Positions 18,245 through 30,781 are shown, counted from the stretch's first letter. The stretch is 51,202 nt of DNA from Woeseiaceae bacterium (GCA_041609735.1 JBFIQH010000001.1:1-51202), one strand, 5' to 3'. Notes: a model not told the origin generated them from the letters alone. Numbers and translations: made by a program.

Positions 18245-18934
18245 GTGGCCGGCGCGATCTCAATGGCGGTGGCAGGCGCCGGGCGAATGGGCCAGGCCAT
18301 TGCCGCGATTGTGGAGACCACGGACGATCTGCAGCTCGCCGGCGTCTGGAAACGCGGCGACGACTTGCAGGCCCTGGTGCATTCGGCTGACGTGCTTATC
18401 GATTTCAGCCTCCCGGGTGGCACGGATCGCGTCCTCGACGTCGTGGCGGCCGCCGGGATTCCGCTGGTCTGCGGGGTAACGGGCCTCGATGACCGCCAGC
18501 TGCAGCGGCTCGATGCCGTCGCCGCTGGAATAGCTGTCGTTTACGACCGCAATATGAGCCGCGGTATCGCAGTGCTCGATGTGGCTTTGCGCCAGGTCGC
18601 GCATGCGCTGCCGGCCGGGTTCTCGGTCGCCGTGACGGAAGTCCATCACGTGCACAAGAAAGATGCGCCGTCCGGCACGGCGTTGAAACTTGCCGAAGCG
18701 CTCGCGGAAGCACGCGGCGTGGCGCTTGCGGATATCGCCATCGCCAGCGAACGACGCGGGGAAGTGCCCGGAGATCATGAGGTTAGCTTCATATCCGAAA
18801 GTGAACGTTTGACGCTGTTGCACAGCGTCACCAGCCGCACCGTGTTCGCCGAAGGCGCCATCGCGGCAGCGCGTTGGATCGTCAATCAGCCAGCAGGGCG
18901 GTATTCGATGCGCCATGTGCTGTTCGGCCACTGA
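18245..18934 (+). CDS. dapB: 4-hydroxy-tetrahydrodipicolinate reductase DapB (short form, 229 aa)
   Basis: GTG start directly abuts the dnaJ stop. AVAGAGRMG Rossmann motif. EVHHVHKKDAPSGTA active-site motif. Confidence 0.85.
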   Translation: MAGAISMAVAGAGRMGQAIAAIVETTDDLQLAGVWKRGDDLQALVHSADVLIDFSLPGGTDRVLDVVAAAGIPLVCGVTGLDDRQLQRLDAVAAGIAVVYDRNMSRGIAVLDVALRQVAHALPAGFSVAVTEVHHVHKKDAPSGTALKLAEALAEARGVALADIAIASERRGEVPGDHEVSFISESERLTLLHSVTSRTVFAEGAIAAARWIVNQPAGRYSMRHVLFGH

Positions 18935-19097
18935 CCGCCAAAAAAATTTTCGACGGGAGTGGCACCGGCCGAACCGCTTCAGTAAACTACGCCGGATCGC
19001 TTACCGGTAAGCGTCGCCATGAGCGGAAGGCACTGTCCTTCCGCTTATTCGCATCTAGCCAGGGCGGTCTCGATTGAACGATTGACGAGGGTCGCTT

Positions 19098-20255
19098 TTG
19101 ACAACGCCTGCGCTACTGGCACTCCAGGACGGCACGATCTTTCACGGCACATCGATTGGTGCCGACGGCCAGACCATCGGTGAGGTGGTCTTCAACACGG
19201 CAATGACCGGGTACCAGGAAATCCTGACCGATCCGTCGTACTGCCGCCAGATCGTCACGCTGACGTATCCCCACATTGGCAATACGGGCACGAACTGCGA
19301 AGACATGGAGTCGTCGAAGGTGCATGCGTCGGGGCTGATCATCCGCGACAGCTCGATGGTGACGTCGAACTGGCGGTCGGACAGGAGCTTCAGCGAATTC
19401 CTGCGCCAGGCGGAGACTGTGGCCATCGCCGACATCGATACCCGTAAATTGACGCGTCTTATTCGGGAGAAGGGTGCCCAATCCGGGTGCATCATGACCG
19501 GTGATGCGAATCCGAAAAAAGCGATCGCGCACGCGAACAAGTTTCCCGGCATTGCGGGCATGGATCTGGCCAAATTTGTCACGACGAAGCGCCGGTACCA
19601 GTGGTGTCACGGTACCGATTTCGGACGCAAGCCGCGTATCCTGAGCCGCCGTATCGCGCCTTACCACGTCGTTGCCTACGATTTCGGCGTCAAGCGCAAC
19701 ATCCTGCGGCTGTTGTCGGATCTCGATTGCCGCATGACGGTCGTGCCCGCGACAACGACAGCCGAAGAAGCGCTGGCGCTGGACCCGGACGGCATCTTCC
19801 TATCCAACGGGCCGGGAGACCCGGAGCCTTGTGACTATGCGATTACGGCCATTCGCGAATTCCTCGACATCGGCATTCCGGTTTTCGGCATTTGCCTGGG
19901 GCACCAGTTGCTCGCGCTCGCTGCCGGCGCGCAGACGGTGAAGATGAAGTTTGGCCATCATGGCGCAAATCACCCGGTGCAGGACATCGCGACCGGCAAG
20001 GTTGCCATTACGAGCCAGAACCATGGCTTCGCGGTCGACGAGGATACGCTGCCGGACAATGTCACGACGACCCACCGGTCGCTGTTCGACGGCACGCTGC
20101 AGGGAATCCGGCTGACCGACAGGCCGGCATTCAGCTTCCAGGGACACCCGGAGGCCAGCCCGGGTCCGCACGATCTCGTGCCGCTGTTCGAGCAATTCAT
20201 CCAGGCCATGGAAGCTCAGAAGCGCCGCGGCCTGTCCAAGGTACTTTCCAGTTAA
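19098..20255 (+). CDS. carA: carbamoyl-phosphate synthase small (glutaminase) subunit
   Basis: TTG start with GAGG 7 nt upstream. [31 protein letters not shown]. Confidence 0.95.
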   Translation: MTTPALLALQDGTIFHGTSIGADGQTIGEVVFNTAMTGYQEILTDPSYCRQIVTLTYPHIGNTGTNCEDMESSKVHASGLIIRDSSMVTSNWRSDRSFSEFLRQAETVAIADIDTRKLTRLIREKGAQSGCIMTGDANPKKAIAHANKFPGIAGMDLAKFVTTKRRYQWCHGTDFGRKPRILSRRIAPYHVVAYDFGVKRNILRLLSDLDCRMTVVPATTTAEEALALDPDGIFLSNGPGDPEPCDYAITAIREFLDIGIPVFGICLGHQLLALAAGAQTVKMKFGHHGANHPVQDIATGKVAITSQNHGFAVDEDTLPDNVTTTHRSLFDGTLQGIRLTDRPAFSFQGHPEASPGPHDLVPLFEQFIQAMEAQKRRGLSKVLSS

Positions 20256-20267
20256 TACTTTAAGTAA

Positions 20268-23200
20268 ATGCCAAAACGTACTGATTTAGAAAGTATTCTT
20301 ATTATTGGCGCTGGCCCGATTGTCATTGGTCAGGCCTGTGAGTTCGACTATTCCGGTGCCCAGGCCTGCAAGGCGCTGAAGGAAGAGGGCTTCCGCGTCA
20401 TTCTCGTCAACTCGAATCCGGCGACGATCATGACCGACCCGGAGACGGCAGACGCGATTTATATCGAGCCGGTTCACTGGACCGCCGTTGCGCGCATTAT
20501 CGAGAAGGAGCGCCCTGATGCGCTGCTGCCGACAATGGGTGGCCAGACCGCGCTCAACTGCGCGCTGGATCTCGCACGCGAGGGCGTGCTCGAGAAATTC
20601 AAGGTCGAGATGATTGCCGCAAAGCGCGAAGCGATCGACATGGCCGAGGATCGGGACCTGTTCCGCAAGGCGATGTCCGAGATCGGGCTCGAAAGCCCAC
20701 GCTCCGACATCGCGCACTCCCTCGAGGAGGCCGTAGAAAAGCAGGAGTCGATCGGTTTCCCGACGATCATCAGGCCGTCCTTCACGCTGGGCGGCACCGG
20801 TGGCGGCATTGCCTACAACCGCGAGGAATTCGAGCGTATCGTGACGCACGGGCTCGAGATGTCGCCGACGACGGAAATCCTGCTCGAAGAGTCGGTCATC
20901 GGCTGGAAAGAATTCGAAATGGAGGTCGTGCGCGACCGCAATGACAACTGCATCATCGTTTGCTCGATCGAGAACTTCGACCCGATGGGGGTGCACACCG
21001 GCGATTCGATCACGGTCGCGCCGGCGCAAACCCTGACAGACAAGGAATACCAGCGCCTGCGCGATGCATCGATCGACGTGCTGCGCAAGATCGGCGTCGA
21101 GACGGGCGGTTCCAACGTGCAGTTCGCGATCAACCCGGAGAACGGTCGCGTCCTGATTATCGAGATGAATCCGCGTGTGTCGCGCTCCTCGGCACTCGCC
21201 TCGAAAGCGACCGGCTTCCCGATTGCCAAGATTGCCGCGAAATTGGCGGTCGGTTACACGCTGGACGAATTGCAAAACGACATCACCGGCGGCACGACAC
21301 CAGCATCCTTCGAGCCGAGTATCGACTACGTCGTCACCAAGATTCCGCGTTTCACGTTCGAGAAGTTCCCTGGCGCCAACGATCGCCTGACGACCCAGAT
21401 GAAATCGGTTGGCGAGGTCATGGCGATGGGCCGCACGTTCCAGGAATCGCTGCAGAAAGCGCTGCGTGGCCTCGAAATCGGCATCACGGGCCTCGACGAA
21501 ATCGCAGGACCGATCATCAACGAGGCCTCGCGAGACCGGGTACGACACGAGATGCGCATGCCAGGCGCTGACCGCTTGCGCTTCGTTGCTGATGCTTTGC
21601 GAAACGAGTTCTTGTTGGACGACGTTGTCGCAATTACGGGTATTGATCCCTGGTTCGTCGCACAAGTCGCCGATCTTGTCGACTGCGAGAAACAGGTTGC
21701 CGAAGCGGGTTTCGACGGACTCGACAAGGGACGATTGCGCACACTGAAACGCAAGGGTTTTTCCGATGCACGCCTGGCGAATTTGCTCGATGTCGCCGAA
21801 TCGAAGATTCGCGAACGCCGTCTCGAGTGGAATATCCGACCGGTGTTCAAGCGCGTCGACACCTGCGCTGCAGAGTTTGCCACGACGACAGCCTACCTGT
21901 ACTCGACGTACGAGGAAGAGTGCGAGGCCGACCCGAGTGAGCGCCGGAAAATCATGATTCTTGGCGGCGGACCTAACCGCATCGGGCAGGGTATCGAGTT
22001 CGACTACTGTTGCGTGCATGCGTCGCTGGCGCTGAAAGAGGCCGGCTTCGAAACGATCATGGTCAACTGTAATCCCGAGACCGTGTCGACGGACTACGAC
22101 ACGTCGGATCGACTGTACTTCGAGTCGCTCACGTTCGAGGACGTCATGGAGATTATCGACCTCGAAAAACCGGAAGGCGTCATTGTCCAGTACGGGGGAC
22201 AAACGCCATTGAAGCTCGCGCGAGACCTCGAGGCGGCCGGGGCACCCATTATCGGCACGTCGCCGGACTCGATCGACCTGGCCGAGGATCGCGAGCGTTT
22301 CCAGGCGCTGGTCGAAAAACTCGGCCTGAAGCAGCCACCGAATCGCACGGCGACCAGCAAGGAAAAGGCCCTGGCGCTTGGCGCCGACGTCGGCTATCCG
22401 CTGGTTGTGCGGCCGTCGTACGTGCTCGGTGGCCGCGCGATGGAGATCGTGCACGGCGATGAGGATCTTGCCGCCTACATGGAGGCCGCGATAAAGGTAT
22501 CAAATGCGAGCCCGGTGCTGCTGGATCGATTTCTCGACCTCGCGACAGAGGTGGACGTCGACTGTATTTGCGACGGCGAGCATGTGCTGATCGGCGGCAT
22601 CATGGAGCACATCGAACAAGCCGGCGTGCACTCCGGTGATTCCGGCTGCTCGCTGCCGCCATTCAGCCTGTCCGACGAACTGCAGGAAGAGATGAAGGAG
22701 CAGGTCCGCAAGTTGGCCAAGGGGCTGAACGTAGTCGGCCTGATGAACACGCAATTCGCCATCCAGAACAACGTCATCTACCTGCTCGAAGTGAATCCGC
22801 GCGCGTCGCGCACCGTACCCTTTGTGTCGAAAGCCATCGGCGTACCGCTTGCGAAAATCGCGGCAAAGGTCATGGTGGGCGAATCGCTGGCGGACCAGGG
22901 CTACCTCAACCAGCGCACGCCGCAGTATTTCTCCGTCAAAGAGGCCGTGTTCCCGTTCATCAAGTTCCCGGGCTCCGATCCGATTCTCGGCCCCGAGATG
23001 AAATCAACCGGGGAAGTCATGGGCGTCGGGCGCTCCTTCGGTGAGGCTTATGCCAAAGCGCAGCTGGCTTCGGGAGTCGTGCTGCCGCGACAAGGCGCGG
23101 CGTTGCTGAGCGTACGGGATCGCGACAAGAACGGCGCGGTGGCACTCGCGAAGATCCTCGAGGAGCGCGGATTCGACATCGTCGCGACGCACGGCACTGC

Positions 23201-23492
23201 ACAGCATCTCGCCAAGGCTGGTGTATCATGTCGGCGAGCGAACAAGGTTCGCGAAGGTCGCCCGCATATTGTCGATATGATCAAGAACGGCGAGATCGAC
23301 CTGATCGTAAACACCACCGAGGGCAAGCAGGCGATCAATGAGTCGCTGTCGATACGTGCAGAGGCCGTTCGACGCGGTGTAACGTATTACACGACGCTCG
23401 GCGCCGCCGTACATACCTGTACCGCTATCGAGCACCTGGACGACGGAGAGGTTAATCGCTTGCAGGATTTACACCAAGAGGTACCGGCGTGA
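20268..23492 (+). CDS. carB: carbamoyl-phosphate synthase large subunit
   Basis: 1074 aa. [30 protein letters not shown], duplicated ATP-grasp halves (second: [19 protein letters not shown]). Confidence 0.99.
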   Translation: MPKRTDLESILIIGAGPIVIGQACEFDYSGAQACKALKEEGFRVILVNSNPATIMTDPETADAIYIEPVHWTAVARIIEKERPDALLPTMGGQTALNCALDLAREGVLEKFKVEMIAAKREAIDMAEDRDLFRKAMSEIGLESPRSDIAHSLEEAVEKQESIGFPTIIRPSFTLGGTGGGIAYNREEFERIVTHGLEMSPTTEILLEESVIGWKEFEMEVVRDRNDNCIIVCSIENFDPMGVHTGDSITVAPAQTLTDKEYQRLRDASIDVLRKIGVETGGSNVQFAINPENGRVLIIEMNPRVSRSSALASKATGFPIAKIAAKLAVGYTLDELQNDITGGTTPASFEPSIDYVVTKIPRFTFEKFPGANDRLTTQMKSVGEVMAMGRTFQESLQKALRGLEIGITGLDEIAGPIINEASRDRVRHEMRMPGADRLRFVADALRNEFLLDDVVAITGIDPWFVAQVADLVDCEKQVAEAGFDGLDKGRLRTLKRKGFSDARLANLLDVAESKIRERRLEWNIRPVFKRVDTCAAEFATTTAYLYSTYEEECEADPSERRKIMILGGGPNRIGQGIEFDYCCVHASLALKEAGFETIMVNCNPETVSTDYDTSDRLYFESLTFEDVMEIIDLEKPEGVIVQYGGQTPLKLARDLEAAGAPIIGTSPDSIDLAEDRERFQALVEKLGLKQPPNRTATSKEKALALGADVGYPLVVRPSYVLGGRAMEIVHGDEDLAAYMEAAIKVSNASPVLLDRFLDLATEVDVDCICDGEHVLIGGIMEHIEQAGVHSGDSGCSLPPFSLSDELQEEMKEQVRKLAKGLNVVGLMNTQFAIQNNVIYLLEVNPRASRTVPFVSKAIGVPLAKIAAKVMVGESLADQGYLNQRTPQYFSVKEAVFPFIKFPGSDPILGPEMKSTGEVMGVGRSFGEAYAKAQLASGVVLPRQGAALLSVRDRDKNGAVALAKILEERGFDIVATHGTAQHLAKAGVSCRRANKVREGRPHIVDMIKNGEIDLIVNTTEGKQAINESLSIRAEAVRRGVTYYTTLGAAVHTCTAIEHLDDGEVNRLQDLHQEVPA

Positions 23493-23965
23493 ACAAGGTT
23501 CCGGTTACCGTTCGCGGCCATGAACTGATGACCGCGGAGCTGAAGAAATTGAAGTCCGAAGATCGCCCGAATGTAATCAACGCGATTTCGGAAGCGCGTG
23601 CGCACGGCGATCTGAAAGAAAATGCCGAGTATCACGCTGCGAAAGAGCAGCAAGGTTTCATCGAGGGCAGGATCAAGGAGCTCGAGGGCAAGCTGTCAAA
23701 CATTCAGGTTATCGACGTTACGACCATCGATGCGAAAGGTAAAATTATTTTCGGCGCAACGGTCGAATTGCTCGAGGAAGAGTCCGGCAAAGAGACCGTT
23801 TATAAAATTGTTGGAGAAGATGAGGCTGATATCAAGAACGGCCTGCTGTCGTATACCTCGCCGATCGCCCGCGCCCTGATTGGCAAGAACGAAGGCGACA
23901 TCGTCAACTTCCAGGCGCCCGGTGGCGAGAAACAGTACGAAGTTATCGAGGTTCGCTACGAATAG
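23489..23965 (+). CDS. greA: transcription elongation factor GreA
   Basis: 158 aa. [26 protein letters not shown] start overlaps the carB stop (GTGA). Confidence 0.95.
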   Translation: MNKVPVTVRGHELMTAELKKLKSEDRPNVINAISEARAHGDLKENAEYHAAKEQQGFIEGRIKELEGKLSNIQVIDVTTIDAKGKIIFGATVELLEEESGKETVYKIVGEDEADIKNGLLSYTSPIARALIGKNEGDIVNFQAPGGEKQYEVIEVRYE

Positions 23966-23976
23966 TTCGTCGACCG

Positions 23977-24270
23977 TTACGGCAACTTGATGTTCCGCTT
24001 CTCCGGGTTTTCTTTGTAAAGCAGGGCCATGTTGCCGATGCGCTGCACGAGTGAGGCGCCGCTCCTGTCACAGAGTTCCTCTATCATCGCGTCTCGCGCC
24101 TTCCGGTCGCCGGCGCGCACAGAGACCTTGATCAATTCGTGATGCAGGATGGTCGACAAAAATTCCGCAAAAACGGCGTCGCTGATGCCGCTGTCCCCGA
24201 TCATGACGGCGGGCTTGAGCGCATGTCCGAGCCCACGCAGGTGTTTGTGTTGTCGTTCTGTCAAAATCAT
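23977..24270 (-). CDS. yhbY: ribosome assembly RNA-binding protein YhbY (CRM domain)
   Basis: Start ATG 24270 within ORF 23977..24369. MILTERQHKHLRGLGHALKPAVMIGDSGISD, ELIKV. Divergent from rlmE, as in E. coli. Confidence 0.85.
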   Translation of the reverse strand: MILTERQHKHLRGLGHALKPAVMIGDSGISDAVFAEFLSTILHHELIKVSVRAGDRKARDAMIEELCDRSGASLVQRIGNMALLYKENPEKRNIKLP

Positions 24271-24311
24271 GGCGAGAAGTGTAACAGTGTGTTTTGTGAC
24301 GAGGGCATAAT

Positions 24312-24938
24312 GTGAGCGGGCCGCGACGCAGTGGCGGCTCGTGGCGCGACCGGCAGGAGCGCGACCCATACGTGCTCAAGGCGCGGCGCGACGGCTGGCG
24401 TTCGCGCGCCGTCTACAAGCTGGAGCAGATCGATCGCAAGGAGCGCCTGCTGCGGCCCGGCATGACGATCGTCGACCTCGGCGCGGCACCCGGCAGCTGG
24501 AGCCAGTACGCAAGCCGCCGCCTGGACGGGCGTGGCCGTGTCATCGCCGTCGACCTGCTGCCGGTGGACAGTCTGCCGGACGTGGAATTCATCCAGGGTG
24601 ATTTTACCGACGACGCGGTGCTCGAGCAGGTCCGGGCCGCGGTCGGGGACGGCGGCGCCAACCTTGTAATCAGCGACATGGCCCCCAATATCAGCGGCTT
24701 AAAGGCGGTTGACCAGCCACGAGCGATGTACCTGGCCGAACTCGCGTTTGACCTGTGCCGGCAGCTGCTGACGCCGCGCGGCGACTTCGTCTGCAAGCTG
24801 TTTCAGGGCGAGGGCACGGACGAATTTATTCGCGAGACGAGAGCGGCGTTTACGCGCGTCAAGGTCACGAAACCCGCGGCCTCCAGGGCCGGCAGCCGTG
24901 AGGTCTACTTGGTAGCGAGGAACTATCGAATGGTGTAG
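24312..24938 (+). CDS. rlmE: 23S rRNA (uridine2552-2'-O)-methyltransferase RlmE (FtsJ)
   Basis: GTG start. [12 protein letters not shown] and [13 protein letters not shown] (SAM motif). Upstream of ftsH. Confidence 0.92.
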   Translation: MSGPRRSGGSWRDRQERDPYVLKARRDGWRSRAVYKLEQIDRKERLLRPGMTIVDLGAAPGSWSQYASRRLDGRGRVIAVDLLPVDSLPDVEFIQGDFTDDAVLEQVRAAVGDGGANLVISDMAPNISGLKAVDQPRAMYLAELAFDLCRQLLTPRGDFVCKLFQGEGTDEFIRETRAAFTRVKVTKPAASRAGSREVYLVARNYRMV

Positions 24939-25010
24939 GGTTTCTAAACCAGTATCCCGCCTAAACTCCCGAAGTTACGGGCTTTTCCATCCGAGACCGG
25001 TATCCGAATA

Positions 25011-26933
<1,923 letters not shown>

Positions 26934-26946
26934 TCATCAACGGGCG

Positions 26947-27114
26947 CTAATGTCCTGTCCGCTTAGCTCGCATGATTTCAGAGCCCCCAAAATTCGTCGG
27001 GCCAAGGCGCATTGCGTCGCCAATGGCCCCGGGGCACTTGGCAAGGAGCGCAACGCCGCCACGCGCCTTTTACGGCACGCTGAAATGATCCGAGCTAACC
27101 GGACAGGACACTAG
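26947..27114. repeat. 168-bp element bounded by 35-bp imperfect terminal inverted repeats (MITE-like element or long mRNA hairpin)
   Basis: Left arm 26947..26981 (CTAATGTCCTGTCCGCTTAGCTCGCATGATTTCAG) pairs with right arm 27080..27114 at 31 of 35 positions, counted base by base. The interior has further short helices. The element fills the ftsH-folP spacer and ends 2 nt before the folP ATG. Confidence 0.65.
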
Positions 27115-27116
27115 TC

Positions 27117-27944
27117 ATGCGTATAGGCTCGCTGCTCGTCGATCGCCCGATCGTCATGGGCGTACTCAATGTCACCCCGGATTCCTTTTCGGACGGCGGG
27201 CGTTACGCCGCACGGGATGCTGCGCTCAGGCATGCCGAGGCGTTGCTCGACGATGGTGCGGCCATACTCGATGTCGGCGGCGAGTCGACGCGGCCAGGGG
27301 CCGCCGACGTTGCCGAAAGCGAGGAACTGGATCGCGTGCTGCCGGTCATCGAGGCGCTGACGGACGTTACCGATGTGCCGGTTTCGATCGATACCAGCAA
27401 GCCGGCCGTCATGCGACATGCAGTATCCGCGGGGGCCGCGATGATCAATGACGTCCGGGCCCTTGGCGCAGAGGGCGCGCTGGCGATGGCGGCGAGCCTC
27501 GACGTGCCGGTCTGCCTGATGCACATGCGCGGCCAGCCACGCACGATGCAGGAGGCGCCCGAGTATGAAGACGTAACGGCCCAAGTCGGCGCATTTCTGG
27601 CCGAGCGTCGCGATGCCTGCATCGCCGCCGGTGTGCCGCAGTCCCGGATACTGCTGGACCCCGGCTTCGGATTCGGCAAGCAGCATCGCCACAATGTCGA
27701 GTTGCTCGCGAATCTGCGACAATTGACGGCATTGGGGCAACCGCTGTTGGTCGGGCTGTCCAGGAAGGCGACGCTCGGCGCGCTGACCGGACGCGATGTT
27801 GATGACAGGGTGGCCGCCAGTATCGCGGCGGCGGTAATCGCCGTAATGCACGGCGCACTGGTCGTGCGGGCTCATGACGTTCGCGAGACGGTCGATGCGC
27901 TGACGGTGTTGCGCACAGTCATGGAAAAGGAATCGACGGAATGA
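27117..27944 (+). CDS. folP: dihydropteroate synthase
   Basis: IVMGVLNVTPDSFSDGG, ILDVGGESTRPGA, DPGFGFGK. Confidence 0.95.
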   Translation: MRIGSLLVDRPIVMGVLNVTPDSFSDGGRYAARDAALRHAEALLDDGAAILDVGGESTRPGAADVAESEELDRVLPVIEALTDVTDVPVSIDTSKPAVMRHAVSAGAAMINDVRALGAEGALAMAASLDVPVCLMHMRGQPRTMQEAPEYEDVTAQVGAFLAERRDACIAAGVPQSRILLDPGFGFGKQHRHNVELLANLRQLTALGQPLLVGLSRKATLGALTGRDVDDRVAASIAAAVIAVMHGALVVRAHDVRETVDALTVLRTVMEKESTE

Positions 27945-29275
27945 GCAAGAAATACTTCGGCACGGACGGTGTGCGCGGCACGGTCGGAAAAGATCCTATG
28001 ACGGCCGACTTCGCGATCCGGCTTGCCAGTGCCGCGGCCCGCGTGCTCGTGCCCGAAGGTGGCACGGTACTGATTGGCAAGGACACGCGCCTGTCGGGGT
28101 ATATGTTCGAATCGGCCCTCGAAGCCGGGTTCGTCGCCGCGGGTGCCGACGTGCTGTTGCTCGGGCCGCTGCCAACGCCGGGCATTGCCATGATGACACA
28201 GGACTGCGCGGCGGACCTTGGCGTCGTCATCAGCGCATCCCACAATCCCTATTACGACAACGGTATCAAGTTTTTCGACGGCGCCGGCGCGAAGCTGACC
28301 GACGACGTCGAACTCGCCATTGAGGCCCTCCTCGAAACGCCGGCGATAACGCTCGAGTCGAGAGCGCTCGGCAAGGCCAAGCGCATCGATTCGGCACGCG
28401 TGCGCTACCAGGAATTCTGTGCGGCGACGTTTCCGAAGGATCTTTCGCTCGACGGCCTGAAGGTCGTATTCGACGGCGCGAACGGCGCCGGCTACAAGGT
28501 AGGGCCGCGAACGCTCGCGGACCTGGGCGCCGAAGTCATTCCGATCGGCTGTTCGCCGAATGGCCGCAACATCAACGAAGGTTGCGGCTCGACGCAACCC
28601 GGTCTGCTGACCACGACGGTGCCGGCCGTCGGTGCGGACGTCGGTATTGCGCTGGACGGCGACGGCGACCGTGTCGTCATGACCGACGAGGCAGGCCAAT
28701 TGATCGACGGCGATCAACTCCTATATATACTGGCAACTGCGCGGCAGGCAGACGGGCGGCTGAAGGGCCCCGTCGTCGGCACGGTGATGAGCAATCTCGG
28801 GCTGGAGCATGCATTGCGCGAAAGAAACATCGAGTTCCGCCGGGCGAGCGTCGGCGATCGCTACGTCCTCGAAACGCTGCGCGCCACCGGCGGCGTCATC
28901 GGCGGCGAAACGTCCGGCCACATGATCGTGCTGGACCAGACGACCACCGGCGACGGGCTGATCTGCGCGCTGCAGGTGCTCGCCGTCATGAAACGCACGG
29001 GCAAGCGCCTGTCGGAGCTTGCCGCCGGGATGCCGAAATACCCGCAGACGATGATCAACGTGAAGGTCGAGAAACGCGTCAATCCGGATGACCTGCCGGC
29101 GATACGGGATGCCGTTAGCGACGCGGAGGCGCAGCTCAAGGAGACCGGCCGGATCGTTCTCCGGGCCTCGGGCACCGAACCGGTGATCCGGGTCATGGTC
29201 GAGGGCCGGGACGCCACGCAGGTTGCGGCCCTTGCGGACCGGCTGGCCGCGGTTGTCGCGGAAGCGGCCGGTTAG
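27941..29275 (+). CDS. glmM: phosphoglucosamine mutase
   Basis: YFGTDGVRG, GVVISASHNPYYDNGIK (phosphoserine loop). ATGA overlap with folP. Confidence 0.97.
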   Translation: MSKKYFGTDGVRGTVGKDPMTADFAIRLASAAARVLVPEGGTVLIGKDTRLSGYMFESALEAGFVAAGADVLLLGPLPTPGIAMMTQDCAADLGVVISASHNPYYDNGIKFFDGAGAKLTDDVELAIEALLETPAITLESRALGKAKRIDSARVRYQEFCAATFPKDLSLDGLKVVFDGANGAGYKVGPRTLADLGAEVIPIGCSPNGRNINEGCGSTQPGLLTTTVPAVGADVGIALDGDGDRVVMTDEAGQLIDGDQLLYILATARQADGRLKGPVVGTVMSNLGLEHALRERNIEFRRASVGDRYVLETLRATGGVIGGETSGHMIVLDQTTTGDGLICALQVLAVMKRTGKRLSELAAGMPKYPQTMINVKVEKRVNPDDLPAIRDAVSDAEAQLKETGRIVLRASGTEPVIRVMVEGRDATQVAALADRLAAVVAEAAG

Positions 29276-29349
29276 GGCCCGTTCCGCGTTGATTTCACGG
29301 GTACCGGCCGGTATCCTTGCGCGCCCTTGAGGGCCAGTGGACGGTAAAA

Positions 29350-30117
29350 ATGCGTAAGTTTCTCGTTGCGGGCAACTGGAAAATGAATGGCGACCGGGCG
29401 AGTAATTTGACGCTGGTGTCCGGTATTCTCGGTGGTATGGGCGGCAGTGACCACGTGGATGTGCTGGTCTGCCCGCCATTTCCGTACCTGGCGGCCGTGG
29501 CCGGTCAGGCGGCCGGAACGGACCTGTTGCTCGGCGCGCAAAACGTGTCCGAGCACGCGGCCGGCGCATTTACCGGTGAGGTGGCGCCCGGGATGCTGGA
29601 CGATGTCGGTTGCCGGTACGTCATCGTCGGGCATTCCGAGCGACGTGCACTTTATGGCGAGAGTGACGAGCAGGTTGCGGCCAAGTTCGCCGCGGCTTTA
29701 GCGGCAGGCCTGATCCCGATTCTCTGCGTTGGCGAAACGCTCGATGAGCGCGAGGCCGGCTCCACAGAGGCGGTGATCGGGCGCCAGCTCGACGCAGTCC
29801 TGTCGACGAGCGGCGTTGCGGCCTTTGCGAAAGCCGTCATTGCCTACGAGCCCGTCTGGGCCATCGGCACCGGCAAGGTGGCGACCCCGGAGCAGGCGCA
29901 GGACGTACACCGGCACATTCGCGGCCTGCTGGCGACCCGGGACGCGGACATCGCCGACGGTGTCCAGGTACTGTACGGCGGCAGCATGAAAGGCGAGAAT
30001 GCGCCCGGGCTGCTGGCAATGCCGGATATCGACGGCGGCCTGATCGGCGGCGCGTCGCTGAAGGCGGCCGATTTTCTCGCAATCGTCAACGCGGCAATTG
30101 CGGCGACGAAGGACTGA
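29350..30117 (+). CDS. tpiA: triose-phosphate isomerase
   Basis: Start ATG 29350 (MRKFLVAGNWKMNG) within ORF 29317..30117. VIVGHSERR, AYEPVWAIGTG. Confidence 0.95.
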   Translation: MRKFLVAGNWKMNGDRASNLTLVSGILGGMGGSDHVDVLVCPPFPYLAAVAGQAAGTDLLLGAQNVSEHAAGAFTGEVAPGMLDDVGCRYVIVGHSERRALYGESDEQVAAKFAAALAAGLIPILCVGETLDEREAGSTEAVIGRQLDAVLSTSGVAAFAKAVIAYEPVWAIGTGKVATPEQAQDVHRHIRGLLATRDADIADGVQVLYGGSMKGENAPGLLAMPDIDGGLIGGASLKAADFLAIVNAAIAATKD

Positions 30118-30127
30118 CGAGGAACTG

Positions 30128-30559
30128 ATGGATACAATTCAGAAAACGGTACTGATAATCCACACGCTGATCGCCATACTGATCATTGTGCTGGTGCTGT
30201 TGCAGCGCGGCAAGGGCGCCGACGCCGGGGCAGCGTTCGGTGCCGGCGCATCGGGCACGGTCTTCGGTGCGCGCGGATCGTCGAGCTTTTTCTCCAGGCT
30301 GACGGCAATTTTTGCGACCGCGTTTTTCGCGAGCAGCCTGACGCTGGCCTACCTCAGCAGCCAGCGCGCCGAGGCGCCGTCGAGCATTCTCGAAGGCACG
30401 GCCACAGAGGAAATCGGGCCCGAGGCGTTACCGGCGGGCGACGACGAGCTGCCGCCGATCCCGGAGACACCGGATAGCGACACGTTGCCGGCGGCCAACG
30501 ATTTGCCGTCGATGCCGGCGGATGAAGCGCCCGAAGACGATACCGGCGACGGACAATAA
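30128..30559 (+). CDS. secG: preprotein translocase subunit SecG with acidic/Pro-rich C-terminal tail
   Basis: Start ATG 30128 (MDTIQKTVLIIHTLIAILIIVLVLLQRGKGADAGAAFG). Conserved secG-tRNA-Leu arrangement. Confidence 0.9.
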   Translation: MDTIQKTVLIIHTLIAILIIVLVLLQRGKGADAGAAFGAGASGTVFGARGSSSFFSRLTAIFATAFFASSLTLAYLSSQRAEAPSSILEGTATEEIGPEALPAGDDELPPIPETPDSDTLPAANDLPSMPADEAPEDDTGDGQ

Positions 30560-30573
30560 TTACGTTTGTTATT

Positions 30574-30658
30574 GCTCTGGTGGTGGAATTGGTAGACACG
30601 CTGTCTTGAGGGGGCAGTGGCGCAAGCCGTGCGAGTTCGAGTCTCGCCCAGAGCACCA
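30574..30658 (+). tRNA. leuU: tRNA-Leu (anticodon GAG)
   Basis: GCTCTGG acceptor pairs with CCAGAGC, followed by ACCA. Anticodon stem CTGTC/GGCAG with loop TTGAGGG (GAG at 30608-30610). Long variable arm. T-arm GCGAGTTCGAGTCTCGC. Confidence 0.95.
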
Positions 30659-30724
30659 ACAACGAAATCAGTTTGTAAGCCAAGCGTCGGCGCGCGAAAG
30701 GGGTGTATTCGTGGCGCTGGTGAC

Positions 30725-30733
30725 TGCTACAAT
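30725..30733 (+). promoter_or_regulatory. candidate extended -10 promoter element for the nuo operon
   Basis: TGcTACAAT (TG at 30725-30726, TACAAT at 30728-30733), about 48 nt upstream of the nuoA ATG. No convincing -35. Confidence 0.3.
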
Positions 30734-30781
30734 AATTCGCTGATCCCTTGCGACGCGATGTGCGTCGTCACCTGAGCGAAA

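Noticed and set aside
20286-22454. 722-aa ORF antisense to carB
   Set aside because: It lies entirely inside and opposite a clearly recognisable carB. Its composition is Arg/Asp/His/Val-rich with no recognisable motifs. Long stop-free antisense frames are expected in high-GC3 genes.
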